Source: an uncultured Actinomycetota bacterium
GTDB lineage: Bacteria > Actinomycetota > Actinomycetes > Propionibacteriales > Propionibacteriaceae
Length of the DNA: 24,000 nt
Assembly (NCBI GenBank): GCA_963740515.1
Contig: CAVUEO010000039.1
Coordinates: forward strand, 173,344-197,343
Direction of reading: 5' to 3'
Positions 7,215 to 15,673 of the stretch are shown here, piece by piece; positions within the stretch are counted from its first letter, which is position 1; the number at the start of each line of letters is the position of its first letter. A program made the translations under genes and the position numbers. The notes under the pieces are model-generated. The model was not told the DNA's origin. It worked only from the letters and a program-made list of their open reading frames with translations, and did not search any database.

Positions 7215-7293
7215 CTCCCCGGGTAGGAGTCGAACCTACGTCGCTAGTCCTGATTCAAAGTCAGGCGGGCCCTGCCGACAGACCAACCGGGGA
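7215..7293 (-). tRNA. tRNA-Gln (anticodon UUG)
   Basis: Manual fold: acceptor TCCCCGG/CCGGGGA, discriminator G, anticodon stem CCTGA/TCAGG with loop CTTTGAA (UUG), T arm GTAGG-TTCGACT-CCTAC. U1-A72 plus G73 match Gln identity elements known from E. coli. It is atypical at 79 nt, with a 9-nt variable region. No encoded CCA. Confidence 0.75.
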
Positions 7294-7526
7294 ATGTGAG
7301 GCCCGGCCAATCCTCGCATCCGGAGCCCGCTTACGGGCTGTCGGCTTCGAACGAGGACGCTTCACCCCACCTGACCAACCCTTGGATCGGCCAGAGCCAA
7401 GCGTACGCATCGCCCTGTAAGGCTGCATCCCGGCTCACGGCTACCTTGCCGCGGTCCGTTTTGCCATCTGCCGTCATCGTTGCGTACAGTAGTGACTTGC
7501 CTTCTAAATCGATACAGAAACGGCGA

Positions 7527-8714
7527 ATGACCACATCTGCGCCCACCACCAGCCAACTCGCGACCCGGCTCGCTGCTATTGCAGTGACGTTGCTCTTTGT
7601 CGTCAATGGCGTCGTCATTGGCGGTTTCGGCGGCTCCCTCCCCTCACTCCGTGACAAGCTTGGCTTGGATTCCACTCAGATTGCGATCATGCTCTTCTGT
7701 GCCGGCGTGGCGGCGATCCTCTCGATGCAAGTCGGCGGCCGAGTGGCGGACGCGATCGGCGCTCGCGAGGTCAGCTTGGCGGCTCTGCCTTTCCTCACCG
7801 TCGGGATGATCACGATCGGACTGGCTCCGACCTACCCAATTGCGATCGTCGGCGCCATGGTGATTGGGCTTGGCAACGGGGCTATGGATGTTGCGATGAA
7901 TGCGATCGGTGTCCAAGTCGAGGCAGCGCGACAACGGCCGATCATGAGCTTCTTCCACGCCTTCTGGTCAATCGGCACCTTCATCGGAGCAGGTGCAATC
8001 CTGCTGCTCGCCACCGGGCTTGGGTTGAAGGGTGGCGAAATCGTCACGCCGCTGGCCATCTCAATCGCGGCGATGTCGCTCCTCGTCCTCGGCATCCTCC
8101 TCAAGATCACGCCCGAAGCGGCGGTGGTGCATCACACCGTCGACGGGGTACGGACTCGAATTCCTGCGGTCGCCTGGATTTTGGGCGTCATGGCCCTGGC
8201 GTTCGGCCTCTCCGAGGGCACGGCCATGGACTGGTCGTCCCTCCATGTCACAGATGTCGCCGGCGTCGACCCGACCACCGGTGCACTCGGCCTGGTCGCC
8301 GTGAGCGCCTTCATGGTCATGATCCGGCTGCTCGGCGACGGATTGGTTGTCCGGTTTGGGAGGCGGGCGGTCGTACGCTTCGGTGGACTCTGCGCCGCGC
8401 TCGGCTATCTGACGGTCACGCTGGTGAGCAGCCTGCCGCTCCTGGTGGCCGGCTGGGCGCTGGTCGGCTTCGGCGTCGGCATGATCGCGCCGCAGGTCTA
8501 TGCCGTCGCAGGCCACATCGGCGGTGGCCGGGTGCTCGCAGTTGTCGTGACATTTGGCTACGCCGCATTCTTGATAGGTCCGGCCGTGGTGGGTTTTCTG
8601 GTTACCCAGCTCGGTATCCACCACGCGATGGTCGTGCCGGCGGTGCTTTGCGCCGGCATCATCGGACTGGCATTCACTATGCCGCGCGACGACGTGGGGC
8701 TGGCCCAGCACTAG
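7527..8714 (+). CDS. MFS transporter
   Basis: Track ORF 7296..8714. I place the start at ATG 7527 (MTTSAPTTSQLATRLAAIAVTLLFVVNG...). About 12 hydrophobic helices by eye, with a typical MFS loop (GGRVADAIGAR). Confidence 0.8.
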   Translation: MTTSAPTTSQLATRLAAIAVTLLFVVNGVVIGGFGGSLPSLRDKLGLDSTQIAIMLFCAGVAAILSMQVGGRVADAIGAREVSLAALPFLTVGMITIGLAPTYPIAIVGAMVIGLGNGAMDVAMNAIGVQVEAARQRPIMSFFHAFWSIGTFIGAGAILLLATGLGLKGGEIVTPLAISIAAMSLLVLGILLKITPEAAVVHHTVDGVRTRIPAVAWILGVMALAFGLSEGTAMDWSSLHVTDVAGVDPTTGALGLVAVSAFMVMIRLLGDGLVVRFGRRAVVRFGGLCAALGYLTVTLVSSLPLLVAGWALVGFGVGMIAPQVYAVAGHIGGGRVLAVVVTFGYAAFLIGPAVVGFLVTQLGIHHAMVVPAVLCAGIIGLAFTMPRDDVGLAQH

Positions 8715-8746
8715 AGATCGCTGCGCCGCCCGATCAGCGCGCTCGG

Positions 8747-9445
8747 CTACGGTTGGACAGCATCGAGGAGGATTCTCGCTAGCTCGCTGGGCTGGGAGAA
8801 CATCGGCCAGTGGCCGGTATCCATCGTCACCAGCCGCCAGTGCTCACTGCTCAGCAGCTTGGCCACGGTGGCGCTCGGCTCCGGCGAGTCCAGTAGGCAC
8901 TTGATGTACGTCACCGGGAGTTCGTCAATCGAGCGTTCCATGACCGCGGGCTGAGTCAGTGTGTCGCCCGGATGGGGCGTCGAGCCGGCCACGATCCGTG
9001 CTATCTGTTCGTCGGTGAGGCCTTGGCCGTCGTAGTCGGCGGCATTCAGCGGCTGCCAGAAGCCCTCATTTTCGGCGATCGACGCCTCGAGTGCGGCCGG
9101 GCCCTCATACCAACCCGACGCAAAGGACTCACCCTCGATCGGAACGTCAGAGTCGACGAAGACAACGCGGGTCAGCCGGTCGTCGATCCGCTCGCCGGCT
9201 TGTCCGACCGGGATGCCTGAGTAGCTGTGCCCAACCAGAACGACGTCGTGGAGATCATGCCGTTCGATCTCGCTGACGATGTCGCGCACGTGGGTCTGCT
9301 GGCCGGCCGGTACGCCTTGCTTTTCGGCTAGGCCGGACAAGGTCAGCGGGTGGGCGCCATGGCCGGCCGAACGCAGGTCTGGCACAACCTCGTCCCATGC
9401 CCATGCCCCGAGCCATGCCCCCGGAACCAGCACGAATTCCGCCAT
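8747..9445 (-). CDS. Alpha/beta hydrolase (esterase-like)
   Basis: Track ORF 8747..9481; likely start at ATG 9445 (MAEFVLVPGAWLGAWAWDEV). Nucleophile elbow GHSYSG; C-terminal DTGHWPMFSQP carries the catalytic His motif. Confidence 0.8.
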   Translation of the reverse strand: MAEFVLVPGAWLGAWAWDEVVPDLRSAGHGAHPLTLSGLAEKQGVPAGQQTHVRDIVSEIERHDLHDVVLVGHSYSGIPVGQAGERIDDRLTRVVFVDSDVPIEGESFASGWYEGPAALEASIAENEGFWQPLNAADYDGQGLTDEQIARIVAGSTPHPGDTLTQPAVMERSIDELPVTYIKCLLDSPEPSATVAKLLSSEHWRLVTMDTGHWPMFSQPSELARILLDAVQP

Positions 9446-9528
9446 GGCGGCAAGGTAGCGCAACCTCCATTCCAGGTTCACCGCAAGGTCGACTCAACCG
9501 CTCCGCTAGATCTCGACGTCAAGACTCT

Positions 9529-9542
9529 TCACAATCTTGTGA
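9529..9542. promoter_or_regulatory. Perfect inverted repeat TCACAA-tc-TTGTGA, candidate MarR operator
   Basis: Located in the 228-bp divergent intergenic region between the hydrolase (start 9445) and marR (start 9674). Dimeric MarR proteins usually bind such palindromes in their own divergent promoters. Confidence 0.3.
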
Positions 9543-9673
9543 GCTGCTCGCGCATCGCGCTCTGAATCCGCCGCCGTCGTCGTCGCTCGCGGAGGGAAGT
9601 GCGCCTCCGCTCGCGCCTTCTCCGTGCGGCGGGCGCGCGATTTCCGACGCTCGCAGCCATCTAGACTCCGGAT

Positions 9674-10183
9674 GTGACCGGCCAGCCAATCCGGGACGAG
9701 GTCGACACCATCGTCGAGGCTTGGCGTCGTGAACGTCCGGACTTGGACGTTGCTCCCATGGAGGTGCTTTCGCGGATCAGCCGGCTGGCGCACCACCTGG
9801 ACCGCGTCCGAGGGAATGCCTTCAGCGCGCACGATCTAGAGCACTGGGAGTTCGACGTGTTAGCGGCGCTGCGACGCTCGGGCCCGCCGTACCGGCTTTC
9901 GCCCGGGCAGCTGTTGCGGGAAACCCTGGTCACCTCCGGAACGATGACCAACCGGATTGACCGGCTTGCCGCGCGCGGGTTGGTTGCGAGGCAGGATCAC
10001 CCCGCAGACCGACGCGGTGTGCTGGTTCAGCTGACCGACGCCGGTCGGGACGCAGTGGACGCAGCACTAGCCGAGCTACTGGCCGCTGAGCACGGGATCC
10101 TCGCCGCGTTGGACGCCTCAGAGCATGATCAACTCACTCGTAGCCTGCGGCTTTTGCTCACCCGGTATCGGGTCGATCGCTGA
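9674..10183 (+). CDS. MarR-family transcriptional regulator
   Basis: 169 aa. Winged-HTH pattern FDVLAALRRSGPPYRLSPGQLLRETLVTSGTMTNRIDRLAARGLVARQDHPADRRGVLVQLTDAG. Confidence 0.85.
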   Translation: MTGQPIRDEVDTIVEAWRRERPDLDVAPMEVLSRISRLAHHLDRVRGNAFSAHDLEHWEFDVLAALRRSGPPYRLSPGQLLRETLVTSGTMTNRIDRLAARGLVARQDHPADRRGVLVQLTDAGRDAVDAALAELLAAEHGILAALDASEHDQLTRSLRLLLTRYRVDR

Positions 10184-10200
10184 CTACCTCAGCCGCCCCA

Positions 10201-11130
10201 TCAGTTGACGACCCGGGCCCCGGAGACGGGACCTGTTGCGCGCCGGACCGCGCGACACAACCCTTCTGCACTGAGCGATACGGAGAGGTCGACAGCAGCA
10301 GACTCGCTCTCCACCAAGAAGGCACAAGTGGGACCTGATCCGGACACCAGGGCGCCCAGAGCGCCGTACTCAAGGCCGGCCTGCAGCACGGTACGCAGCC
10401 TCGGCTGGAGGTCCAGCGCAGCCGGTTCGAGATCATTGCTGAGCGTCGCCGCAAGGAGGCTGGGATCCCCGCTGCGTAGGGCATTCATCAGATCGGCGGG
10501 CACCGTGGGTGGCGCTGCGCGCCGTCCAAGCTCGTCGAACCGCCGATAGACCGCCGCCGTCGACAGACCGTGGTAACCGAAGGCCAGCACCCAGTGGTAA
10601 GTGCCTTGGGCTAACGCCGGCGCGACATCCTCGCCCCGGCCGCTCCCCACGGCAGTGCCACCCAGCAGCGCGAAGGGCACGTCGCTGCCCAGCTCAGCCG
10701 CCAGCACCCTCAGTCCGTCCGGTGAGACGTCGAGGTCCCATAAGACCGCGCACGCCAGCAACGCGGCCGCACCATTGGCGGAGCCGCCGGCCAAGCCGCC
10801 GGCCACCGGAATTGACTTCTTGATCGACAAGCTTGCGCCGAGGGAATCGTGCGGTCCATGCCTTCGGGCAAGCAGTTTGGCGGCGCGTACGGCAAGGTTG
10901 GAGTCATCCAGCGGGACCTGATCGGCGCCTTCGCCGCTGACCACTACCTTGAACTCATCAGGATCTGCCCATGCCGCGTGCAGCTCGTCGTAGACCGAAA
11001 CCGCGTGATACACCGTGGCCAGCGGATGGTATCCATCGGCGCGACGAGCGCCCACCTTGAGGGCAAGGTTGATCTTGGCCGGTACCCGCACGCGTACGCC
11101 AGCAGTAACCTGCGGCGGAGATGTGGCCAT
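10201..11130 (-). CDS. ispE: 4-diphosphocytidyl-2-C-methyl-D-erythritol kinase
   Basis: 309 aa. PAKINLALKVG N-terminal motif, GHMP-kinase motif IPVAGGLAGGSANGAAALLA, and conserved position downstream of rsmA. Confidence 0.9.
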   Translation of the reverse strand: MATSPPQVTAGVRVRVPAKINLALKVGARRADGYHPLATVYHAVSVYDELHAAWADPDEFKVVVSGEGADQVPLDDSNLAVRAAKLLARRHGPHDSLGASLSIKKSIPVAGGLAGGSANGAAALLACAVLWDLDVSPDGLRVLAAELGSDVPFALLGGTAVGSGRGEDVAPALAQGTYHWVLAFGYHGLSTAAVYRRFDELGRRAAPPTVPADLMNALRSGDPSLLAATLSNDLEPAALDLQPRLRTVLQAGLEYGALGALVSGSGPTCAFLVESESAAVDLSVSLSAEGLCRAVRRATGPVSGARVVN

Positions 11131-11144
11131 GACTGCGAGGTTAG

Positions 11145-11993
11145 CTACGCCTGGAAGATTTGCTCCGCGATCCGTGTGAAGTCAGTCACATCCAAGGTTT
11201 CACCACGGGCCTTCGGGTCCAGTCCTGCTGCGGCGACAGCCGCACCGGCCGTCACCGGCGATCCCGCCAGCCCGGCCAGGGCGGAGCGCAGCATCTTACG
11301 CCGCTGGGCGAACGCTGCATCGACGACTGCGAACACCTGGTCACGAGTCGCTGTGGTCACTGGCTGCGGGCGACGGCTGATGGCCACTAGGCCAGACTCG
11401 ACGTTCGGTACCGGCCAGAAGACTGTCGGCGACACTGTCCCGGCCTTCGTCGCTGCGGCGTACCAGGCCACCTTGACCGACGGCACGCCATAGGTTTTCG
11501 ATCCCGGTCTGGCGGCGAGCCGGTCAGCTACCTCGGCCTGCACCATGACCAGACCGCGGCTCCAACTGTGGAAAGTCGCGAGCAGATGCAACAACACTGG
11601 CACCGCGACGTTGTACGGAAGGTTGGCCACGACCGCTGTCGGCAGTTCCGGCATGGCATCGACCCGCAGGGCATCAGCGTTGATCACCGTCAGCGCAGCC
11701 GCCCGCTCTGGCATCCGTGTAACTACCGTATGAGGCAGCTGAGCCGCCAGCACGTTATCGATCTCGATCGCGATCACGCGACGTGCAGCCTGCAGCAAAC
11801 CGAGTGTCAGCGAGCCCAGGCCTGGCCCCACCTCGAGGACCACATCGTTTTCGCCGACCCCTGCTGTGGTAACGATTCTTCGTACAGTGTTGGCATCGGT
11901 GACAAAGTTCTGCCCGCGCTGCTTGCTCGGCCGCAGCCCCAACTGGCCCGCAAGTTCACGTATCGCCGTGGGATCGAGCAGCCCGCTGGCCAA
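11145..11993 (-). CDS. rsmA: 16S rRNA (adenine1518/1519-N6)-dimethyltransferase
   Basis: Track ORF 11145..12170. [30 protein letters not shown] (SAM motif), [15 protein letters not shown]. The upstream 59 codons overlap the rpfB 3' end, so I place the start at TTG 11993, 5 nt after the rpfB stop. The start is uncertain. Confidence 0.88.
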   Translation of the reverse strand: MASGLLDPTAIRELAGQLGLRPSKQRGQNFVTDANTVRRIVTTAGVGENDVVLEVGPGLGSLTLGLLQAARRVIAIEIDNVLAAQLPHTVVTRMPERAAALTVINADALRVDAMPELPTAVVANLPYNVAVPVLLHLLATFHSWSRGLVMVQAEVADRLAARPGSKTYGVPSVKVAWYAAATKAGTVSPTVFWPVPNVESGLVAISRRPQPVTTATRDQVFAVVDAAFAQRRKMLRSALAGLAGSPVTAGAAVAAAGLDPKARGETLDVTDFTRIAEQIFQA

Positions 11994-11997
11994 CGTG

Positions 11998-13116
11998 CTA
12001 ACGCAAACCCAGCTTCGATGAGCACGCCGGCCAGGAACCCCAGCCTGCGTCCGCCTGCAGCTTCTCGGCAATCGCGATCTGCTCTTCGCGGCTGGCCTCG
12101 TGCGGCATGCCAGAGCCGCCGTACGCGCGCCAGGTGCTGAGACTGAATTGCAGCCCGCCGTAGTAGCCATTGCCTGTGTTTATCGACCAGTTGCCGCCGG
12201 ACTCACATTGCGCGAGCCTGTCCCAGACGCTGCCCGACGGGGTGCTCGAAGTGCCCGAGCTCGAGCCAGAGCTGCTCTTCTCGACGGTAGTTTTGGTGCC
12301 GACTAAGATGACCTCAGTCACCGGCTTCTTGATCAACTTCGATTTGATCTTGGTGCGGCTGACGAGCTTTCCGTTGTGCCGGACTAACCGATAGGTCACG
12401 GCACGGACGCCTTTGACCCCCGGAGTGTCAACCTCCGTATCACCCTTGTTCAGGTTGCTGGTCCTCTTGCGGGTTGTGTCGAAGTCCACCTTCACCTTCT
12501 TGGTCTTGGACTTGATCTCGACGCGGGTGAAGGTGAACTTCGAGCCGTCCAGCAGACGGGCGTTCGGGCTGGCACTCAACTTGTCGTCATGGTCCACAGT
12601 GATCTTGGCCGCAGCAAGTGCATCGGCAAGTGTTTGACCGGTGGTTGTGATCGTGCGCTTCTTGCCGGCATCGATGATGACGACCGTCTTCTCCGTGGCG
12701 ATGACGATGGCCAAGCCCTGCCGACCGATTGTTGAGCTGCGGCTCGTTGATAGCTGCGCGCCGGCGAGGTCGAGAGCGAGAGCACTGAGCGCCTCATCGA
12801 CTGTCATTGCGGTGGTCCAAATTGTCTGCCTTGCACCGTCGATGGTGAAGCTCACCTGCCGCCCGAACTTGACGGCCACGCGAGTGCCCTCTTCGACTTT
12901 CGCATCCACGTTCGGGGCCACCACGTCATGACTGGTGACCTCGATATCTTTGCTCTCCAGCAGGGCCCCGACAGTGTCGGCGCTGGTACTTACCTGACTG
13001 GTCTGCCCGTCAACCGACAATGTCACGGATTTGTTGAGGTTCGCGTAGCCGAAGGTTGTTCCAGCCAAGGCGAGTGTGGTCGCTCCAGCGGCAACCACAG
13101 GGATGATCTTCCGCAC
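11998..13116 (-). CDS. rpfB: Resuscitation-promoting factor RpfB (DUF348 repeats, G5, Rpf transglycosylase-like domain)
   Basis: 372 aa. Signal/TM N-terminus, three DUF348-like repeats, a G5-like region, and C-terminal [40 protein letters not shown] start with GGGGGA 4 nt upstream. Confidence 0.9.
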   Translation of the reverse strand: MRKIIPVVAAGATTLALAGTTFGYANLNKSVTLSVDGQTSQVSTSADTVGALLESKDIEVTSHDVVAPNVDAKVEEGTRVAVKFGRQVSFTIDGARQTIWTTAMTVDEALSALALDLAGAQLSTSRSSTIGRQGLAIVIATEKTVVIIDAGKKRTITTTGQTLADALAAAKITVDHDDKLSASPNARLLDGSKFTFTRVEIKSKTKKVKVDFDTTRKRTSNLNKGDTEVDTPGVKGVRAVTYRLVRHNGKLVSRTKIKSKLIKKPVTEVILVGTKTTVEKSSSGSSSGTSSTPSGSVWDRLAQCESGGNWSINTGNGYYGGLQFSLSTWRAYGGSGMPHEASREEQIAIAEKLQADAGWGSWPACSSKLGLR

Positions 13117-13193
13117 AGCATTCCCCCGAGATGGTCCGGTGTGATCTGGACCTGTGTTCTGCAGACTTGGTGTCAGCCCGTATGTGTCACGAA

Positions 13194-13199
13194 ATTATA
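13194..13199 (-). promoter_or_regulatory. Candidate -10 box (perfect TATAAT) for the rpfB-rsmA-ispE operon
   Basis: The minus strand reads ccgtTATAATttcgtgac, 78 nt upstream of the rpfB GTG, in the 133-nt gap after the nitroreductase stop. A perfect TATAAT is conspicuous in this GC-rich DNA. The -35 is only weak (TTCGAC with a 19-nt spacer). Confidence 0.35.
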
Positions 13200-13249
13200 A
13201 CGGAACAGCCCCTGTTACGTCGAAATCTGAGGGCCCGAAACGCCGCGGA

Positions 13250-13843
13250 CTACCAAGTGCCGCGGTGAATGACCTCAGACTCGGCCTTCCGTGGACGGCG
13301 AGTTGGCGATCCGGTCGGTGGAGCTGGAGCCGCATAACCGACGCTGATCACGCCGACGCTCAGCTGATTAGCCGGGACGCCGAAAGCCTCACGTACGGGA
13401 GCGATCCGGTCGGCCGGGATGCCAAAAAAGCAGGCTCCGAGATCGTTGTCGACCGCAGACAGCAGCGCGGCCATGGACGCCATCCCGCCGTCGACAAACC
13501 AAAACGGTGCGGACCAGCGCGCCGGATCGCGGTCGGCCCAGCCTTTGTCAGGCTCGGCGTAGCGATCGAGATATGCCTCCTCGCTGGTCCAGACGACGAC
13601 CAAGGCGGGTGCGGTGTGCATGCCGCGAAGCCAGCTACTGTCAGCTGCAGCGGCGGCCTGCCAGAAAGTCTCCCGCTCAGTGGCAGAGCTCAGCACCAGG
13701 AGCGAAACACCCTGCGTGAACCCCGCGGAGGGTGCGCGTAGCGCCGCATCGAGGATGGCATCAAGCGCCTCGGCCGGCACCGTCCGAGCTGCGTCGTAGG
13801 AGCGGATCATGCGTCGCCGGCGCAGGGCTTCTGCGAACTGCAT
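13250..13843 (-). CDS. Nitroreductase-family protein
   Basis: 197 aa. RRRRMIRSYD...LDAALRAPSAGFTQG is the nitroreductase N-terminal motif. The start lies 3 nt after the tatD stop. Confidence 0.8.
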   Translation of the reverse strand: MQFAEALRRRRMIRSYDAARTVPAEALDAILDAALRAPSAGFTQGVSLLVLSSATERETFWQAAAAADSSWLRGMHTAPALVVVWTSEEAYLDRYAEPDKGWADRDPARWSAPFWFVDGGMASMAALLSAVDNDLGACFFGIPADRIAPVREAFGVPANQLSVGVISVGYAAPAPPTGSPTRRPRKAESEVIHRGTW

Positions 13844-13846
13844 CGG

Positions 13847-14671
13847 TTACCAGGGCCCGCCGAAGGCGGCGTCGGCATTGTCGTTGAGCGCCTGGCACAG
13901 TCGCTCTAGCTCGATCCCGAGTGTGGCGGCAAGGAAGCGGGCCGTGTGCGGAATCAGGTAAGACGCGTTCGGCTTTCCTCGAAGCGGCATCGGGGTGAGG
14001 TAGGGCGCGTCTGTCTCCACGAGCACTCGATCCAAAGGCGCCAACGCCAATGCCGCCCGCAGTCGAGCGTTGCCCTGGAACGTCACAGTGCCGGCAAAGG
14101 AAAGGTGGGCGCCGCGGTTCAGGCAGGCCCGGGCGAAGTGATCATCGCCGGAGAAGCAATGCATCACCACGCGCTCCGGCCAGCCTTCGGCATCAAGCAC
14201 ATCAAGAATGTCGTCATGAGCGTCGCGATCGTGGACAACGAGGGTTTTGTCGAAGGCATGGGCGAAGGCGATGTGGGCCGCGAATGCCTCCCGCTGCACA
14301 GCACGGCCGGCAGCATCAGGTGTCCTGAAATAGTCCAGCCCGGTCTCCCCAACTGCCCTGACGCGCCCGTGTTGGGCCAACGCCTCCACCAGCTCAAGGC
14401 CTGACACCAGGTCCGGGCCCATTCGGGCTGCATCGTTCGGGTGGATCGCGACCCCAGCAATGACTGATGGCCAGCGCTCGGCGGCCTGGACCGCCCACCG
14501 GCAGCCTTCGGGATCACATCCGATCTGCACGATTCTCGTCACGCCGACCTCAGCGGCCAGGCGGACGGCATCTTCGGGTTCCAACCCGGACTTGGCCTGC
14601 GTGGAGTCGAGATGGCAATGCGAGTCCACCACTGGTGCCGGTAGCGGGTCAGGAAGGTCAGGCAGCTCCAC
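13847..14671 (-). CDS. tatD: TatD-family metal-dependent hydrolase (DNase)
   Basis: 274 aa. VDSHCHLD metal-binding motif, GETGLDY, VVHDRDAHDD, VMHCFSG, ETDAPYL. Confidence 0.88.
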   Translation of the reverse strand: MELPDLPDPLPAPVVDSHCHLDSTQAKSGLEPEDAVRLAAEVGVTRIVQIGCDPEGCRWAVQAAERWPSVIAGVAIHPNDAARMGPDLVSGLELVEALAQHGRVRAVGETGLDYFRTPDAAGRAVQREAFAAHIAFAHAFDKTLVVHDRDAHDDILDVLDAEGWPERVVMHCFSGDDHFARACLNRGAHLSFAGTVTFQGNARLRAALALAPLDRVLVETDAPYLTPMPLRGKPNASYLIPHTARFLAATLGIELERLCQALNDNADAAFGGPW

Positions 14672-14704
14672 GCGCCAACTGTTGCATCCCCTGGTTTTGG
14701 ATCA

Positions 14705-15592
14705 TCAGTGGGCCATTTCGCCCTCAGGAGCGGCCGAGCCGGGCCGTGGATGTTGCATTTTCAGAGCGACCTCGTAGACAGCGTTCTTACCTACCCCATG
14801 TTGCCGGGCCACCTGTGCCACTGCTGCCCTCAGCTTCATGCCGCCGGCCGCCAGGCCTAGCGCCTGCTCAGCTGCCGTCTGGAGATCCGCAGTTGGCTGG
14901 GTTCCGCCTCCGACGACCAGTGTTATCTCTCCTCGCGCATCGGATGCTGCCCACTCCGCGAGCTCCTGCAGCGAGCCACGGCGGACTTCCTCATAGGTTT
15001 TGGTGAGCTCACGGCAGACCGCCCCCCGGCGATCGGCTCCAAAAGCGATCGCCATCGCTGACAGCGTTGCGGCGGCCCGGTGGGGAGCCTCGAAGAAGAT
15101 CATTGTGCGTTGCTCTGTCGCCAACTGGCCAAGCCGCCGCGCACGCTCGGCCGCCTTGCGCGGCAGAAAACCTTCAAAACAAAAGCGATCAACGGGGAGG
15201 CCGGAGATAGCCAATGCAGTGAGCACCGCAGACGGACCAGGTACCGCGGTGACCCGGAACCCGCGCGCCACTGCAGCTGTGACAAGGCGATAACCCGGGT
15301 CAGACACCAGCGGCATCCCTGAGTCGCTGACGACGACGACTCGGGCTCCCTCCCCCAGTGTGCGTATCAGCTCGTCGGTACGCCTCGTCTCGTTCCCCTC
15401 GAAGTACGACATGATCCGCGCGCCGGTTTCGACTCCTAGCCTTTCGAGCAGCCGCCGTAAACGGCGGGTGTCCTCAGCAGCGATCACATCCGCGTTGGTC
15501 AGCTCAGCCACGAGACGTGGCGAAGCGTCCGCGACGTCACCAATCGGGGTCGCGGCGAGCACGACTACCCCGGCAACGCCCTGCTGCACCAC
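14705..15592 (-). CDS. rsmI: 16S rRNA (cytidine1402-2'-O)-methyltransferase
   Basis: C-terminal 295 codons of track ORF 14705..16054. VVLAATPIGDVADASPRLVAELTNADVIAAEDTR, VVVSDSGMPLVSDPG, FEGFLPRK, FFEAPHR. Start placed at GTG 15592 (or 15589). The longer ORF is a shadow over pmt. Confidence 0.88.
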   Translation of the reverse strand: MVQQGVAGVVVLAATPIGDVADASPRLVAELTNADVIAAEDTRRLRRLLERLGVETGARIMSYFEGNETRRTDELIRTLGEGARVVVVSDSGMPLVSDPGYRLVTAAVARGFRVTAVPGPSAVLTALAISGLPVDRFCFEGFLPRKAAERARRLGQLATEQRTMIFFEAPHRAAATLSAMAIAFGADRRGAVCRELTKTYEEVRRGSLQELAEWAASDARGEITLVVGGGTQPTADLQTAAEQALGLAAGGMKLRAAVAQVARQHGVGKNAVYEVALKMQHPRPGSAAPEGEMAH

Positions 15593-15673
15593 TGCGTCAG
15601 CCTTGCAGACCGGATTGTCGAGAAGGAAAGCCGGTGACGCTGCCTGACGAATAGCTCCACCTACGATGGGCGG

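Noticed and set aside
7325-7520. Minus-strand ORF tail (..IDLEGKSLLYATMTADGKTDRGKVAVSRDAALQGDAYAWLWPIQGLVRWGEASSFEADSP) and the AGCCCG-taag-CGGGCT hairpin (7325-7340) between the MFS gene and the tRNA
   Set aside because: There is no convincing start or RBS, only moderate third-position GC, and no family recognised. It may be a gene remnant at the old integration boundary, and the hairpin alone is weak evidence for a terminator.
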